Source of the DNA: Candidatus Kaiserbacteria bacterium RIFCSPHIGHO2_01_FULL_46_22
Lineage (GTDB): Bacteria > Patescibacteriota > Minisyncoccia > Phycocordibacterales > UBA918
Assembly (NCBI GenBank): GCA_001779595.1
Contig: MFKO01000002.1
Location: 148,311 to 204,366 of the forward strand
DNA: 56,056 bases
Direction: 5' to 3'
The stretch's first letter is position 1; each line of letters starts with the position of its first letter. Below, piece by piece: positions 26,057 to 37,274 of the stretch. A program made the position numbers and the translations under genes. The notes beneath the pieces are model-generated. The model saw only the letters and a list, made by a program, of their open reading frames with translations. It made no database searches and had not been told where the DNA came from.

Positions 26057-26284
26057 TTAGACGTACTCTTCAGTTCCAAAGACCTCGACGTTGAATCCGG
26101 CATCCTTGAGTGCTAGTCCAATTTCTTCCACCGATAAATCGGTTTCCAAAGTGAACCAATAAGCATTGTTTCTGAAGTACTCCGCGGACACTTTCTTGGC
26201 CAACATAGTGTGCACTAAGAATGCCTGACAATGCTCAACTTCTCCTTGCGTTTCTGCATGGAGATACATGTTCAAGGTGTCCAT
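26057..26284 (-). CDS. Small hypothetical protein
   Basis: AAGGAGGTG SD 6 nt before ATG 26284; 75 aa. Confidence 0.65.
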   Translation of the reverse strand: MDTLNMYLHAETQGEVEHCQAFLVHTMLAKKVSAEYFRNNAYWFTLETDLSVEEIGLALKDAGFNVEVFGTEEYV

Positions 26285-26360
26285 TTTGACCACCTCCTTC
26301 CTACCATTAGATTACTACAAAATTCGGAAATTGGTTACAGAATCTCAAAAGGTCGCGGTT

Positions 26361-28298
26361 TTACCCAATTAGTTCGTAATCTAACTGCTTCTCCTCTAGG
26401 TTTGCGTTCATAACCTTGAAACGCACAGGGTCACCCAAGCGATACACCTTGCCAGTCCGTTGACCTTTAACCGCGTAGGCCGAGGCCAAATGCTCAAAGT
26501 AATCGCCACGGATCGATGCCAAACGCACCATACCTTCTGATTTAGACTCTTTTTCTTCAACATAAATACCCCAGTCAGTGACGCCTGTTATAACGCCATT
26601 AAATTCTTCACCCACGTGAGGGGCCATAAACTCAACCTGCTTGAACTTAATCGAGTCACGTTCGGCCCGCACTGCATCAATTTCACGTTCAGAAGATTGA
26701 ACAGAAAGTTTTTCAAATTTAGCTAGTTCCTGACCCTTTATCTCTGAACCATCCAGATGCCGACGTAAAAGGCGATGGGCCATCAAGTCAGGGTAACGAC
26801 GAATCGGAGATGTGAAGTGTGTATAGTATTTAAAAGCCAGACCGAAGTGACCAATGTTTTTAGTTGAATAGACAGCCTTAGCCATTGAACGAATAGTGGC
26901 GGTCTTAATGAGAGCTTCCTCTGGTTTACCTTCAACCTCCTTAAGAAGCTTATTAATGTCCTTGGCATTGACCATACCTTTCTCTGTTCGAAGTTCATAA
27001 CCAAGCACGCGAAGGAAAGAGGCTAGTTCTTCAATTTTTTCTGGATTCGGTACATCGTGAATACGATATACAAACGCGGCATCACGATCGTTTTGTTTGG
27101 AAAGCTTGTAGATAAAAGTGGCCACACTCTGGTTGGCTAGCAACATAAAGTCCTCAATCATCAACATCGTTTCGGTACGGACTTTTGTATAAGCGCGAAT
27201 TGGTTTGCCACTTTCATCCAGCTCGAACTTAACTTCTGGCTGTTCGAAAGCAATCGCGCCCTCAGCAAACCGCTTCTTTCTGATGATGCGTCCGAGTGTC
27301 ATCATGTCGGTCAGCTCGCTATGAAAGTCTCCCTGTCCTTGATCAAGAATTTCCTGCGCCTCTTCGTAAGAGAAACGTCGATCGGAGCGAATGATTGTTT
27401 GACCATACCATTCATTAACTACCTCCGCAGAAGGGGTGAGAGTAAAGATGGCAGAGAAGGCGAGACGCTCTTCTTCAGGACGGAGTGAACATAAGTCATT
27501 TGATAACACTTCCGGCAACATCGGAATCACTCGGTCCACCAAATATATCGAGGTACCGCGTTTCTGTGCCTCATCATCAATCACTTCACCCTCCCTTACG
27601 TAATGTGATACGTCTGCGATATGCACGCCAATTTCAAAGTTACCGTCAGAAAGCTTCTGTATTGAAAGTGCGTCATCAAAGTCCTTGGCATCCTTAGGGT
27701 CAATCGTAAAGGTAGTGATACCGCGCATATCGCGGCGCTTAGGGTCCTGTTTGGCAGCGTCAAAAATAGCTGACTTTTGGTCATACATCTCTTTAGCCGC
27801 TCGGGCAACAGGTTCAGGAAAACTTTCAGAAAAACCACCACCACGAATGATGGCCTGCATTTCAGTCTCATGATCACCAGCGTGACCTAACACCTCCGTT
27901 ACAACACCAAGCGGATCACGTGTGGCATCACTCCAGCGGGTTATTTTGGCCACAGCCTTCATACCAAGCAGTTCAGCCGAGGCCTCTTTAAGTACTATAT
28001 CTTTATGAATACGTCGGTTGTCTGGTTCAAGAAAAAGCTCTTTGCGAGCGCCATCCATACGTTCCTTTACAACACCAATGAATTCACTATGGGACGCTTC
28101 GATAACCCGAACAACCTTACCTTCCTGTCGCTTTCCTGGCACACGCGGCAAAAGCTCGATTTCGACCAAGTCGCCATCGAGGCCGAACTCCAATTTTTCA
28201 GGAGAAATCAAAATGTCCTCCTCCATACCTGGCACCACCATAAAGCCAGTGCCTTTCCCACGTACCATTAGTACACCTTCATAAGAGTTGTTGCTCAC
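26361..28298 (-). CDS. rnr: Ribonuclease R (RNB family)
   Basis: TIDPKDAKDFDDA, VHIADV, YTHFTSPIRRYPDL, C-terminal S1; probable GTG start with TGTTATTCT 7 nt upstream. Confidence 0.95.
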   Translation of the reverse strand: MSNNSYEGVLMVRGKGTGFMVVPGMEEDILISPEKLEFGLDGDLVEIELLPRVPGKRQEGKVVRVIEASHSEFIGVVKERMDGARKELFLEPDNRRIHKDIVLKEASAELLGMKAVAKITRWSDATRDPLGVVTEVLGHAGDHETEMQAIIRGGGFSESFPEPVARAAKEMYDQKSAIFDAAKQDPKRRDMRGITTFTIDPKDAKDFDDALSIQKLSDGNFEIGVHIADVSHYVREGEVIDDEAQKRGTSIYLVDRVIPMLPEVLSNDLCSLRPEEERLAFSAIFTLTPSAEVVNEWYGQTIIRSDRRFSYEEAQEILDQGQGDFHSELTDMMTLGRIIRKKRFAEGAIAFEQPEVKFELDESGKPIRAYTKVRTETMLMIEDFMLLANQSVATFIYKLSKQNDRDAAFVYRIHDVPNPEKIEELASFLRVLGYELRTEKGMVNAKDINKLLKEVEGKPEEALIKTATIRSMAKAVYSTKNIGHFGLAFKYYTHFTSPIRRYPDLMAHRLLRRHLDGSEIKGQELAKFEKLSVQSSEREIDAVRAERDSIKFKQVEFMAPHVGEEFNGVITGVTDWGIYVEEKESKSEGMVRLASIRGDYFEHLASAYAVKGQRTGKVYRLGDPVRFKVMNANLEEKQLDYELIG

Positions 28299-28358
28299 GC
28301 GGCCCAGAATAACATCCAAATTGACAATAAACAATATTCTGTTATTCTTTCCGTCACT

Positions 28359-28808
28359 ATGTTAAAGATGCGATTACAGCGAGTTGGCCGCAAAAATGAC
28401 CCCTCTTACCGAGTGGTTATTACCGACTCTCGCACCAGCCCAAAGAGCAATAAGCACATCGACTTGCTCGGTGCTTATAGTGCTAAGCAGAACGCTTTTT
28501 CTGTTGACGGTGAACGCGCTAAAGAATGGATTGCAAAAGGCGTACAGGTTTCTCCGACTGTTCACAACCTGCTTATAAGCAACAAAATTATCGAAGGTAA
28601 GAAAATAAACGTTCTTCCTCGCAAATCTCCGATCGTTGATGAGGCCAAGTTGAAAGCAGAAGCTGATGCCAAGGCAGCCGCCGAAGCTGCAGAAAAAGCC
28701 GCTGCGGAAGCTGCTCTTGCTCCAGCCGAAGAAGCTACTCCTGAAGTTACCGAAGAAGTTGTAGTTGAAGAGACTGCTGCTCCAGCAGAAGAAGAGAAGG
28801 CTTCATAA
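28359..28808 (+). CDS. rpsP: 30S ribosomal protein S16 with Ala/Glu-rich tail
   Basis: MLKMRLQRVGRKNDPSYRVV; TTGACA-16-TATTCT promoter at 28321-28348. Confidence 0.96.
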   Translation: MLKMRLQRVGRKNDPSYRVVITDSRTSPKSNKHIDLLGAYSAKQNAFSVDGERAKEWIAKGVQVSPTVHNLLISNKIIEGKKINVLPRKSPIVDEAKLKAEADAKAAAEAAEKAAAEAALAPAEEATPEVTEEVVVEETAAPAEEEKAS

Positions 28809-28923
28809 TCACTACACACTACCCACAAGCACACGTTGTGCTTAGACTGACGACTGGTAACATTAAGTAAACGCCCGGCAAATGAAACGCCGAGAGTGAT
28901 TTCAGAAATTAAATAACGATTAT

Positions 28924-29274
28924 ATGCACGAGGACCAGCAATTTTTGGAGACCCTAGTGAAGGCCTTGGTGGATCATCCGGAAGTAGTAAAAACCAACCG
29001 CACTGTTGATGAAATGGGTGTATTGCTGACGCTTGATGTACACGCGGAGGATATGGGCAAAATCATCGGGCGCTCTGGCAACACTGCAAAGGCTATTCGT
29101 ACTCTTTTGCGAGTTGTTGGAATGAAACACGATGCCCGTGTAAACCTAAAAATCAACGAACCTGAAGGCGGGCGCGTAAGTCGAGATATGGAGGCATCAA
29201 TGGAGCCAAACGGCAACGATGTCCCAAACGAACCGAAGTCTCTCGACCAGGCCATCGACGACCTCAAAATCTAA
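28924..29274 (+). CDS. khpA: KH-domain RNA-binding protein
   Basis: DMGKIIGRSGNTAKAIRTLL; rpsP-khpA-trmD context. Confidence 0.9.
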   Translation: MHEDQQFLETLVKALVDHPEVVKTNRTVDEMGVLLTLDVHAEDMGKIIGRSGNTAKAIRTLLRVVGMKHDARVNLKINEPEGGRVSRDMEASMEPNGNDVPNEPKSLDQAIDDLKI

Positions 29275-29280
29275 TCTAAC

Positions 29281-29313
29281 AGAACTGCGGCGGCCTTCGG
29301 CCGCCGCAGTTCT
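29281..29313. repeat. GC-rich 15-bp hairpin without U tract
   Basis: AGAACTGCGGCGGCC-TTC-GGCCGCCGCAGTTCT. Confidence 0.75.
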
Positions 29314-29327
29314 TAAGTAGCGCTGTT

Positions 29328-29996
29328 ATGAACTTTCACGTCGTTACAATTTTTCCAGAAATCTGCCAAGCGTACACCGACGCCAGTGTTCTAGGACGTG
29401 CTCAAAAAACTGACAAAGGAAAGGGGGCGAAAGTACGTGGTAAAAAAATCTCTGTTTCTTATTACAATCCACGTGACTTCACCATTGATAAACATCATAA
29501 AGTTGATGAACGACCTTATGGCGGCGGACCAGGAATGGTAATGAAAGCTGAACCAATTTTAAAAGCTTGGGAAAAGGCAGTCGGTCGCAAGAAGGGGAAA
29601 GTGAAGACTCTTATAATGTCGCCGCGCGGCAAAAAATTTGATCAACCTTTAGCTAAGAAGTTGGCTAAGTCTTATGAACACATCGCACTAATCTCCGGTC
29701 GCTACGAAGGTATCGATGACCGCGTAAAAAAAATACTTAAGGCAGAAGAGGTATCAGTAGGCGATTATGTCCTGACCGGCGGCGAACTACCTGCTCTCAC
29801 CATCATTGACGCTGTGGCTCGCGAAATTCCAGGTGTACTCGGTACCTACGAATCACTAGAGGACCAACGACCAACCAGCGGAGTTTCTTACACGAGACCA
29901 GATGTCTTGCTGTGGAAAGGTAAAAAACACCCTGTTCCGGAGGTACTTTTAACCGGAGATCAGAAGAAAATCGACCAATTCCGCACCGCAGAGTAA
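29328..29996 (+). CDS. trmD: tRNA (guanine-N1)-methyltransferase
   Basis: DERPYGGGPGMVM, GRYEGIDDR, SVGDYVLTGGELPA. Confidence 0.97.
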   Translation: MNFHVVTIFPEICQAYTDASVLGRAQKTDKGKGAKVRGKKISVSYYNPRDFTIDKHHKVDERPYGGGPGMVMKAEPILKAWEKAVGRKKGKVKTLIMSPRGKKFDQPLAKKLAKSYEHIALISGRYEGIDDRVKKILKAEEVSVGDYVLTGGELPALTIIDAVAREIPGVLGTYESLEDQRPTSGVSYTRPDVLLWKGKKHPVPEVLLTGDQKKIDQFRTAE

Positions 29997-30035
29997 TTTA
30001 GACCACAGAATCCCTAAAATTGCCTAAATTTAGGG

Positions 30036-30226
30036 TTGCGTTTTTTCTGATTTTCTGGTAGGTTTACAGGACTTGCAATTTGGTGGTGATTGTGTTGCGG
30101 TTGTCAATCACCAGGTTGATGGGGAATAAAGGCCTTGCAGTAATGCAAATTTTAAAAGTGTAACCGCAAATATTTGGGGAACGGCGTGTAAACGCCGTCT
30201 TTTGCGTGTTACTAAACCTTATAAAT
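30036..30226 (+). promoter_or_regulatory. rpoBC promoter and structured ~155-nt leader
   Basis: TTGCGT-17-TAGGTT with TG extension; hairpins at 30084-30113, 30135-30148 and 30181-30198 (two GUAA loops). Confidence 0.5.
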
Positions 30227-33200
30227 ATGTTAGATAAGCAGCTAAACAGCGTCATCCATAGCCGTCAGACCGTGGGCAGTCTGCCAGCGAAGGTGTTCTC
30301 GAAGTACCGCGGACCTCTTGTACCGGTACCAAATCTTATCGAGCCGCAACTCGAGTCTTATAAGTGGTTTGTTGGAAATGGACTAAAGGATGTCCTTAAG
30401 GAATTTTCACCAATCTCTGACTACTCTGAGAAAAAGTTTGAGTTAGTTTTCAAAGGCTATGCCGTCGGTGAACCAAAGACTACCCCTGAGCTTGCTAAGG
30501 AAAACAAGCAGACTTATGACGCACCTCTGCGCGCCACTATCGTACTTAAGAACAAGACTTTCGAAAGTGAGAAGGAACAAGAAATCTTCCTAGCTGACAT
30601 TCCAGTAATGACTGAGCACGGCACCTTCATCATCAACGGTGTTGAGCGTGTGATCGTACCTCAGCTTGCTCGTTCCTACGGTATCTTTTTCACTGCCGGT
30701 GAGCAGAAGGGCCGCACCTACTTTGGTGCCAAAATCATTCCTGCCCGAGGCGCTTGGGTGGAAATTGAATCCGAACACGATGGCTGCATCTATGTAAAAA
30801 TCGACCGCAAAAAGAAGTTCCCAATTACTTCACTTTTGCGTGTTCTTGGCGTCACAAAAGAAGAAGAGATGATTAAGCTCTTCAAGGATGTTGAGCGTGG
30901 CGAAGAGTACATCAAGGCTACCTTGGCTAAGGACGTTGCTAAGACGGCAGACGACTCATATATTGAGATCTACAAACGTCTTCGTGACGGTGACTTGGCG
31001 ACTGTTGAAAACGCTCGCGAATTCATTAACTCAATCTTTGCACCTGAACGCTACGACCTTTCTGAAATCGGACGTCATCACTTTAACGAACGTTTTGGCC
31101 GACCAACTGACAAAAAGGCTACCGATGCTCGCACTGTATCCGTAGAAGACGTGCGTACAATCATCAAGCACATCATTGAGCAAAACCACACCCCTGGTGC
31201 TCTACCTGACGACATTGACCACCTTGGTTTCCGTCGTGTGCGCTACTTCGGCGAAATGGCCGTGCAAAGAGTTCGTGTCGGTATGACCCGAATGAAGCGC
31301 AATATTCAGGATCGTATGTCTACCATCGAGGCCGAAACAAGCCTACCGATGCAGATCATCAACCCACGTCCTCTTCAGGCTGCTATCAAGGAATTTTTCA
31401 CAACCAACCAGCTGTCGCAGTTTATGCCTCAGCAAAACATCTTGGCAGAACTAGAAGGTCTTCGTACTCTTTCAGCCCTCGGCCCGGGTGGTCTTACCCG
31501 TGAACGTGCCGGTTTCGAAGTGCGTGACGTTCACACCTCACACTACGGACGTCTTTGTCCAATCCACACACCAGAAGGTCCGAACATTGGTCTAATCTTG
31601 CGTCTTTCAATGTACGCGCGTGTTAACCGATTCGGCATCATCGAAACTCCTTACGCAAAAGTGGAAAAGGGTATAGTGACTGGAGAGATCGTTTACCTCA
31701 ATGCTCACGAAGAGGAACACTTTTACATTGCCCACGCTGCGATTGAAGTTGACGAAAAGGGCCGCATTAAGAACGAGATGCTAGAAGCACGAAAGGGCGG
31801 CGAACCTAGAGCAATCGCGCGTATGGATGTTGATTATTTGGATATTGCTACCAACCAGGCTTTCTCTGTAGCAACTTCGATGATCCCATTCCTCAACCAC
31901 GACGACGCCAACCGTACTCTGATGGGTTCAAACATGCAGAAGCAGGCAACTCCATGCCTTATTCCTGACGCACCATTGGTTGCGACCGGTATTGAAAAAA
32001 TGGTGGCAACAGATACAGCTCGCGTTATCATCGCTGAAGAAGCTGGCGAGGTAGTAGCTGTGGACTCCAAGCACATCGCTATCAAAAACAAGGACGGTAA
32101 AAAGAAAGAATATCGACTTACTACACTAGAACGAACCAACGACTTCTCAGCCTTCAATCACCGACCTATGGTTTCCCTAGGCGAAAAGGTAAAGCGTGGC
32201 GCCCTCTTGGCTGACACTTCTTCTACCGACAACGGTCAGATTGCAGTTGGTCAAAACGCATTGGTTGCCTTTATGAGTTGGTCTGGTGCCAACTACGAAG
32301 ACGCTATCGTTATTTCAGAACGTCTTGTAAAAGACAGTAAGTTCTCAACCATTCACGTGGAAGAATTTGAGACAGCGGTGCGCGACACAAAGCTCGGTCC
32401 GGAAGTAACTACTCCAGACATTCCGAACGTTTCTGAATTGAAACTCCGCAACCTTGATGAAAACGGAATCATCCGTATCGGTGCTGAAATCCGTCCAGGG
32501 GACATCCTAATCGGTAAAGTAACTCCTAAAGGTGAGACTCAGCTTTCTCCTGAAGAGCGCCTACTCCGATCTATCTTCGGCGAAAAGGCCAAGGATGTTA
32601 AGGACACTAGTTTGCGTCTTGAAGCAGGGAAGCGCGGCCGTGTCATCGGTGTCAAAGTCTTCTCCCGCGAAGCTGGAGATCAACTTGAGAGCGGTGTGAT
32701 CAAGCGTATCCACGTCACTGTAGCGCAGGTGCGTAACGTATCCGTGGGTGACAAGCTAGCTGGTCGTCACGGTAACAAGGGTGTTATTTCTCGCATCTTG
32801 CCTGAAGAAGATATGCCTTACACAGAGGACGGTCGTCCAATCGACGTTCTTTTGACTCCACTCGGCGTACCTTCTCGTATGAACTTGGGTCAGATTCTTG
32901 AACTTCACCTTGGTATGGCGGCGAACACACTTGGTTATCAAGCTGTAGTACCTCCATTCTCTGGAGCGACTGAAGAAGATGTTAAGGCCGAATTGCGAGC
33001 TGCTGGCTTGCCAGAAGATGGAAAGATTCAGCTTCGTGACGGACGTACTGGCGAAGAATTCGCTAAAAAGACCGCTGTTGGCTATATGTACATCTTGAAA
33101 CTCCATCACATGGTGGAAGACAAGATCCATATGCGATCAATTGGTCCGTACTCACTTATCACTCAGCAACCACTGGGCGGTAAGGCTCAGATCGGTGGTC

Positions 33201-33445
33201 AGCGTTTCGGAGAGATGGAAGTGTGGGCATTGCTTGGTTACGGAGCTGCCTACACCCTTCGTGAAATGCTTACAATCAAGTCCGACGACATTGTTGGTCG
33301 CTCTGCTGCCTTCGATGCAATCGTACGTGGTGAACGTATCTCACACCCACACACTCCGGCTGCGTTCAACGTACTAGTAAATCAACTGCGTGGTCTTTCG
33401 CTCAATGTTGATCTTACTCGTGGTCAGGCCGAAGAAAAAAATTAA
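30227..33445 (+). CDS. rpoB: RNA polymerase beta subunit
   Basis: GTFIINGVERV, HYGRLCPIHTPEGPNIGL, GDKLAGRHGNKG, GGQRFGEME; start codon uncertain. Confidence 0.98.
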   Translation: MLDKQLNSVIHSRQTVGSLPAKVFSKYRGPLVPVPNLIEPQLESYKWFVGNGLKDVLKEFSPISDYSEKKFELVFKGYAVGEPKTTPELAKENKQTYDAPLRATIVLKNKTFESEKEQEIFLADIPVMTEHGTFIINGVERVIVPQLARSYGIFFTAGEQKGRTYFGAKIIPARGAWVEIESEHDGCIYVKIDRKKKFPITSLLRVLGVTKEEEMIKLFKDVERGEEYIKATLAKDVAKTADDSYIEIYKRLRDGDLATVENAREFINSIFAPERYDLSEIGRHHFNERFGRPTDKKATDARTVSVEDVRTIIKHIIEQNHTPGALPDDIDHLGFRRVRYFGEMAVQRVRVGMTRMKRNIQDRMSTIEAETSLPMQIINPRPLQAAIKEFFTTNQLSQFMPQQNILAELEGLRTLSALGPGGLTRERAGFEVRDVHTSHYGRLCPIHTPEGPNIGLILRLSMYARVNRFGIIETPYAKVEKGIVTGEIVYLNAHEEEHFYIAHAAIEVDEKGRIKNEMLEARKGGEPRAIARMDVDYLDIATNQAFSVATSMIPFLNHDDANRTLMGSNMQKQATPCLIPDAPLVATGIEKMVATDTARVIIAEEAGEVVAVDSKHIAIKNKDGKKKEYRLTTLERTNDFSAFNHRPMVSLGEKVKRGALLADTSSTDNGQIAVGQNALVAFMSWSGANYEDAIVISERLVKDSKFSTIHVEEFETAVRDTKLGPEVTTPDIPNVSELKLRNLDENGIIRIGAEIRPGDILIGKVTPKGETQLSPEERLLRSIFGEKAKDVKDTSLRLEAGKRGRVIGVKVFSREAGDQLESGVIKRIHVTVAQVRNVSVGDKLAGRHGNKGVISRILPEEDMPYTEDGRPIDVLLTPLGVPSRMNLGQILELHLGMAANTLGYQAVVPPFSGATEEDVKAELRAAGLPEDGKIQLRDGRTGEEFAKKTAVGYMYILKLHHMVEDKIHMRSIGPYSLITQQPLGGKAQIGGQRFGEMEVWALLGYGAAYTLREMLTIKSDDIVGRSAAFDAIVRGERISHPHTPAAFNVLVNQLRGLSLNVDLTRGQAEEKN

Positions 33446-33469
33446 TAGTCACTTCACCAAAATTAAAAT

Positions 33470-36400
33470 ATGGAAAACACAAATACAACTCCACGCGAGA
33501 AAGGATTCGGACCACGCAAGTCGCGTGCACCGCAGCCGTTCACTGAAGTCGCACTTCGTCTGGCTAGTCCAGAGGACGTCCTCGAGTGGTCGCATGGTGA
33601 AGTGACCAAGCCAGAAACGATTAACTATCGTACTCAAAGACCAGAAAAACACGGTCTATTCGATGAGCGTATCTTCGGACCAGTTGAAGACTACGAGTGT
33701 TCTTGTAAGAAGTACCGAGGTATTCGTTACAAGGGTATTGTCTGTGAGAAGTGTGGCGTTGAAGTTACCCGTGCCATTGTAAGACGCGAGCGAATGGGTC
33801 ACATTGACCTTTGTGTTCCTGTCTCACACATCTGGTTCTTGCGCGGCGTACCTTCACGTATCGCTCTCATTCTTGGTATTTCCGCTACTGATATTGAAAA
33901 AGTTATTTACTTCGCCGGCTACATTGTCACTAAGATTTCTGAAAGCGATCGTTCACGTTTGCTTGCTGAACTTGCTCAGGAGTTCAAGACAAAGTCTAAG
34001 GAACTTCAGAACGAGTCAGCTGTGGCTGAACTAAAGGAGCGAATGGAAGAAGTGAAGAAGGAGATCAACTCGATCAAGCAGGGTACAGTTCTTGATGAAA
34101 ACAACTACCACAAGTTCTCCATCAAGTATGGCACTTTGTTTGAAGCCAAGATCGGCGCAGAAAGTGTATTCGAACTATTTAAGAATATTAATCTTCAGGA
34201 ACTGCAAAAGCGCCTTGAAGAAGAACGTGAAAAAGCTGGTGCCCTTGAGCGAGCCAAGCTTGATAAGCGACTCGGCCTCGTGCGTGGAATGCTCAATTCT
34301 GGCGTTCGTCCAGAATGGATGTTCCTAACTCGTCTTCCAGTTATTCCACCGGCACTGCGTCCGATGGTGGCTCTTGAAGGTGGTCGTCATGCCTCTTCTG
34401 ACTTAAACGACCTTTACCGTCGCGTCATCAACCGTAACAACCGTTTGAAGAAGTTGATCGACATAATGGCACCAGACGTAATCTTGCGTAACGAAAAGCG
34501 TATCTTGCAGGAAGCGGTTGACGCCTTGATCGACAACTCGATTCGTCACGGCAACAGCGCCTACTCAATGATGAGTCAGGCACAACGGCGTCCTCTTAAG
34601 TCTCTTTCCGACTACCTTAAGTCTAAACAGGGTTACTTCCGTCAAAACCTTCTCGGTAAGCGTGTGGACTATTCTGGCCGTTCGGTGATCGTTATTGGTC
34701 CAGATCTTGATCTTGACCAGTGTGGTCTTCCAAAGCATATGGCTCTGGAACTCTTCCGTCCGTTCGTCATTTCTCAACTTCTAAAACAGGAGCTTGCGTA
34801 TAACATCCGTGGCGCCGGTCGTCTTATCGAAGACGGTGTGCCAGAAGTTTGGGCGATTCTCGAAGACATCATTCGTGACAAGCACGTACTTCTAAACCGT
34901 GCTCCAACTCTACACCGACAGGGTATCCAGGCCTTCCGTCCAGTTCTAATCGAAGGTAACGCTATCCAAGTTCACCCACTCGTTTGTCGCGCTTTCAACG
35001 CCGACTTCGACGGTGACCAGATGGCTGTACACGTACCTCTTTCTGAAGAGGCACAGATGGAAGCTCGTGAAATTATTTCTGCCAACAAGAACATTTTGAA
35101 GCCAGGTTCTTCTGAACCGGTTGTGTCTGAAAAGCTTCTTGATATGGCTCTTGGTGCCTACTGGATGACAAAGATCATCGAAGGTGACAAGGGTGAAGAT
35201 AAATTCTTCTCCTCACCAAACGACGCTATCAACGCTTACGACTACGGCTTGATTAGTTTCCGCGCCAAGATCAAAGTATTGGCTACAGATACACCAAAGT
35301 ACCGTCAATACGAAGGCAAACTATTCGAGACTTCCGTTGGTCGTCTTCTGTTCAACAGCGTTCTTCCGAGTGACTACCCATTCATCAACGATGTGGTCGT
35401 TCAAAAGACTTTGTTCAACATCATCATCGATATTATTGATGACCGTGGTACCGACGCTGTGCCGCCGATTGTAGATAAGTTGAAAAAGTTTGGCTTTAAG
35501 TACGCAACTCAGTCTGGTACAACTTGGGGTATCGACGAAGTGGTCGTACCAAAAGGAAAGCCGGCAGTTATTGAAAAGGCTCGTGCTAGCGAGCGAGATG
35601 TGTTCACTCACTTCGGTGAAGGTTTGATCTCACGCGATGAACGACGCCGAATGATCGTAGAGATCTGGCACCGCGCCAAGAGCGAGATTGAAGGCCTTCT
35701 ACCAGAAACTCTAGATCCTAATGGTTCTGCTTTCGAAATGTGGAAGTCCGGCGCTCGAGGTTCCCTTGGACAAATCGGTCAGATGGCTGGTATGAAAGGT
35801 CTTATCGTGAACACTCGAGGTGAAACCCTTGAGTTCCCAGTGCTTTCTTCTATGAAGGAAGGTATGACACCGATCGAATACTTCATTACCACTCACGGTT
35901 CTCGTAAAGGTCTTGCTGACACCGCGCTTCAGACAGCTAAAGCTGGTTACCTTACTCGTCGTCTCTTCGTGGTAGCGCAGGACGCAATTATCACCGAGAG
36001 TGATTGTAAGACCAAAGCTGGCACCACTATCGGCCGTATCTCTGCTTCTGGCATTGAGATTGCTTTCTCAAAGGCAATCAAGGGTCGTGTATTGGCTGCG
36101 GACGCTATGGACAACCAAGATAACGTTATCTTCAAGAAGGGACATCTACTTTCTCGTCGTGACGCTATCGCTCTTGAAGACTCAACTTGTCCATCTGTTG
36201 TTGTACGATCTCCGATGACTTGTGCAACCTTGCGCGGAGTTTGTCAGACCTGTTACGGACACGATCTCACTACCAACGCATTGGTTGATATTGGAGAGAC
36301 TGTCGGTACTGTTGCTGCACAGGCGATTGGTGAACCAGGTACACAGCTCACTATGAACACTAAGCACGCCGGTGGTGCTGCCTCTGTAGGTGGCGACGTG

Positions 36401-37156
36401 ACCCAGGGTCTTCCACGCGTGGAAGAAGTATTTGAAAAACGTCAGCCGAAGATTCCAGCCGTGGTTTCAAAGACCGCTGGTATCGTTACCGAAATTCGTC
36501 GCGAGGGCAGAGAGAAGGTGATTGTGGTAGCTCCAGAAAAGGGTGCCAAGTACGCCAAGAAGACTTCTGACAACTTGGAATACGAAGTAAGTTACCGCCG
36601 TGTTGTTACAGTTTCAGTCGGCGACACCATAAAATCCGGTCAGTTGATGACAGATGGTTCTGCCCACTTGCCAGACATCTTTAAGTACGGCACCCGTGAG
36701 CAAACTCAGGACTACATCATTTCTGAAATTAACAAGATTTACGAACTGCAGGGTGTGACGATTGCGCGCAAGCACATCGAACTCATCGTAAAGCAGATGA
36801 TGAGTCGCGTTAAGATCACTGATGCTGGTGGCACTCACTTCACCATTGGTGACGTTATCGAAGAATGGATCTTCGTTGATGCCAACCAGAAGATGAAGGA
36901 TGAAGGTAAGGAACAAGCCAAGTCTGAAAAACTCATTCTTGGTATTACCGAGACTTCACTTTCTCGAAAGAGCTTCCTCTCAGCTGCTTCCTTCCAGAAC
37001 ACTACTCGCGTTCTTATCAACGCCGCAGTAAAGGGAAACAAAGACAATCTAGCTGGCTTGATGGAAAACGTTATCATCGGCCGCTTGATCCCAGCTGGAA
37101 CTGGCTTCAAAGGCTCGAAGAAGTACGACATGATCAGGACTATCGCTCAGGACTAA
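33470..37156 (+). CDS. rpoC: RNA polymerase beta' subunit
   Basis: CSCKKY...CEKCGV Zn finger, [30 protein letters not shown]. Confidence 0.98.
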   Translation: MENTNTTPREKGFGPRKSRAPQPFTEVALRLASPEDVLEWSHGEVTKPETINYRTQRPEKHGLFDERIFGPVEDYECSCKKYRGIRYKGIVCEKCGVEVTRAIVRRERMGHIDLCVPVSHIWFLRGVPSRIALILGISATDIEKVIYFAGYIVTKISESDRSRLLAELAQEFKTKSKELQNESAVAELKERMEEVKKEINSIKQGTVLDENNYHKFSIKYGTLFEAKIGAESVFELFKNINLQELQKRLEEEREKAGALERAKLDKRLGLVRGMLNSGVRPEWMFLTRLPVIPPALRPMVALEGGRHASSDLNDLYRRVINRNNRLKKLIDIMAPDVILRNEKRILQEAVDALIDNSIRHGNSAYSMMSQAQRRPLKSLSDYLKSKQGYFRQNLLGKRVDYSGRSVIVIGPDLDLDQCGLPKHMALELFRPFVISQLLKQELAYNIRGAGRLIEDGVPEVWAILEDIIRDKHVLLNRAPTLHRQGIQAFRPVLIEGNAIQVHPLVCRAFNADFDGDQMAVHVPLSEEAQMEAREIISANKNILKPGSSEPVVSEKLLDMALGAYWMTKIIEGDKGEDKFFSSPNDAINAYDYGLISFRAKIKVLATDTPKYRQYEGKLFETSVGRLLFNSVLPSDYPFINDVVVQKTLFNIIIDIIDDRGTDAVPPIVDKLKKFGFKYATQSGTTWGIDEVVVPKGKPAVIEKARASERDVFTHFGEGLISRDERRRMIVEIWHRAKSEIEGLLPETLDPNGSAFEMWKSGARGSLGQIGQMAGMKGLIVNTRGETLEFPVLSSMKEGMTPIEYFITTHGSRKGLADTALQTAKAGYLTRRLFVVAQDAIITESDCKTKAGTTIGRISASGIEIAFSKAIKGRVLAADAMDNQDNVIFKKGHLLSRRDAIALEDSTCPSVVVRSPMTCATLRGVCQTCYGHDLTTNALVDIGETVGTVAAQAIGEPGTQLTMNTKHAGGAASVGGDVTQGLPRVEEVFEKRQPKIPAVVSKTAGIVTEIRREGREKVIVVAPEKGAKYAKKTSDNLEYEVSYRRVVTVSVGDTIKSGQLMTDGSAHLPDIFKYGTREQTQDYIISEINKIYELQGVTIARKHIELIVKQMMSRVKITDAGGTHFTIGDVIEEWIFVDANQKMKDEGKEQAKSEKLILGITETSLSRKSFLSAASFQNTTRVLINAAVKGNKDNLAGLMENVIIGRLIPAGTGFKGSKKYDMIRTIAQD

Positions 37157-37164
37157 TAAATAGA

Positions 37165-37197
37165 AGAAAAGGCCGGCGCTTCGCGCCGGCCTTTTCT
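37165..37197 (+). terminator. Terminator after rpoC
   Basis: AGAAAAGGCCGGCGC-TTC-GCGCCGGCCTTTTCT. Confidence 0.8.
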
Positions 37198-37274
37198 GTT
37201 GTGTCAGTAATTTATGAAAATAAAACCTCCAGGCAAGTTGCCGGGAGGTAGTACATTGATTTTGGAGTCTCTAT

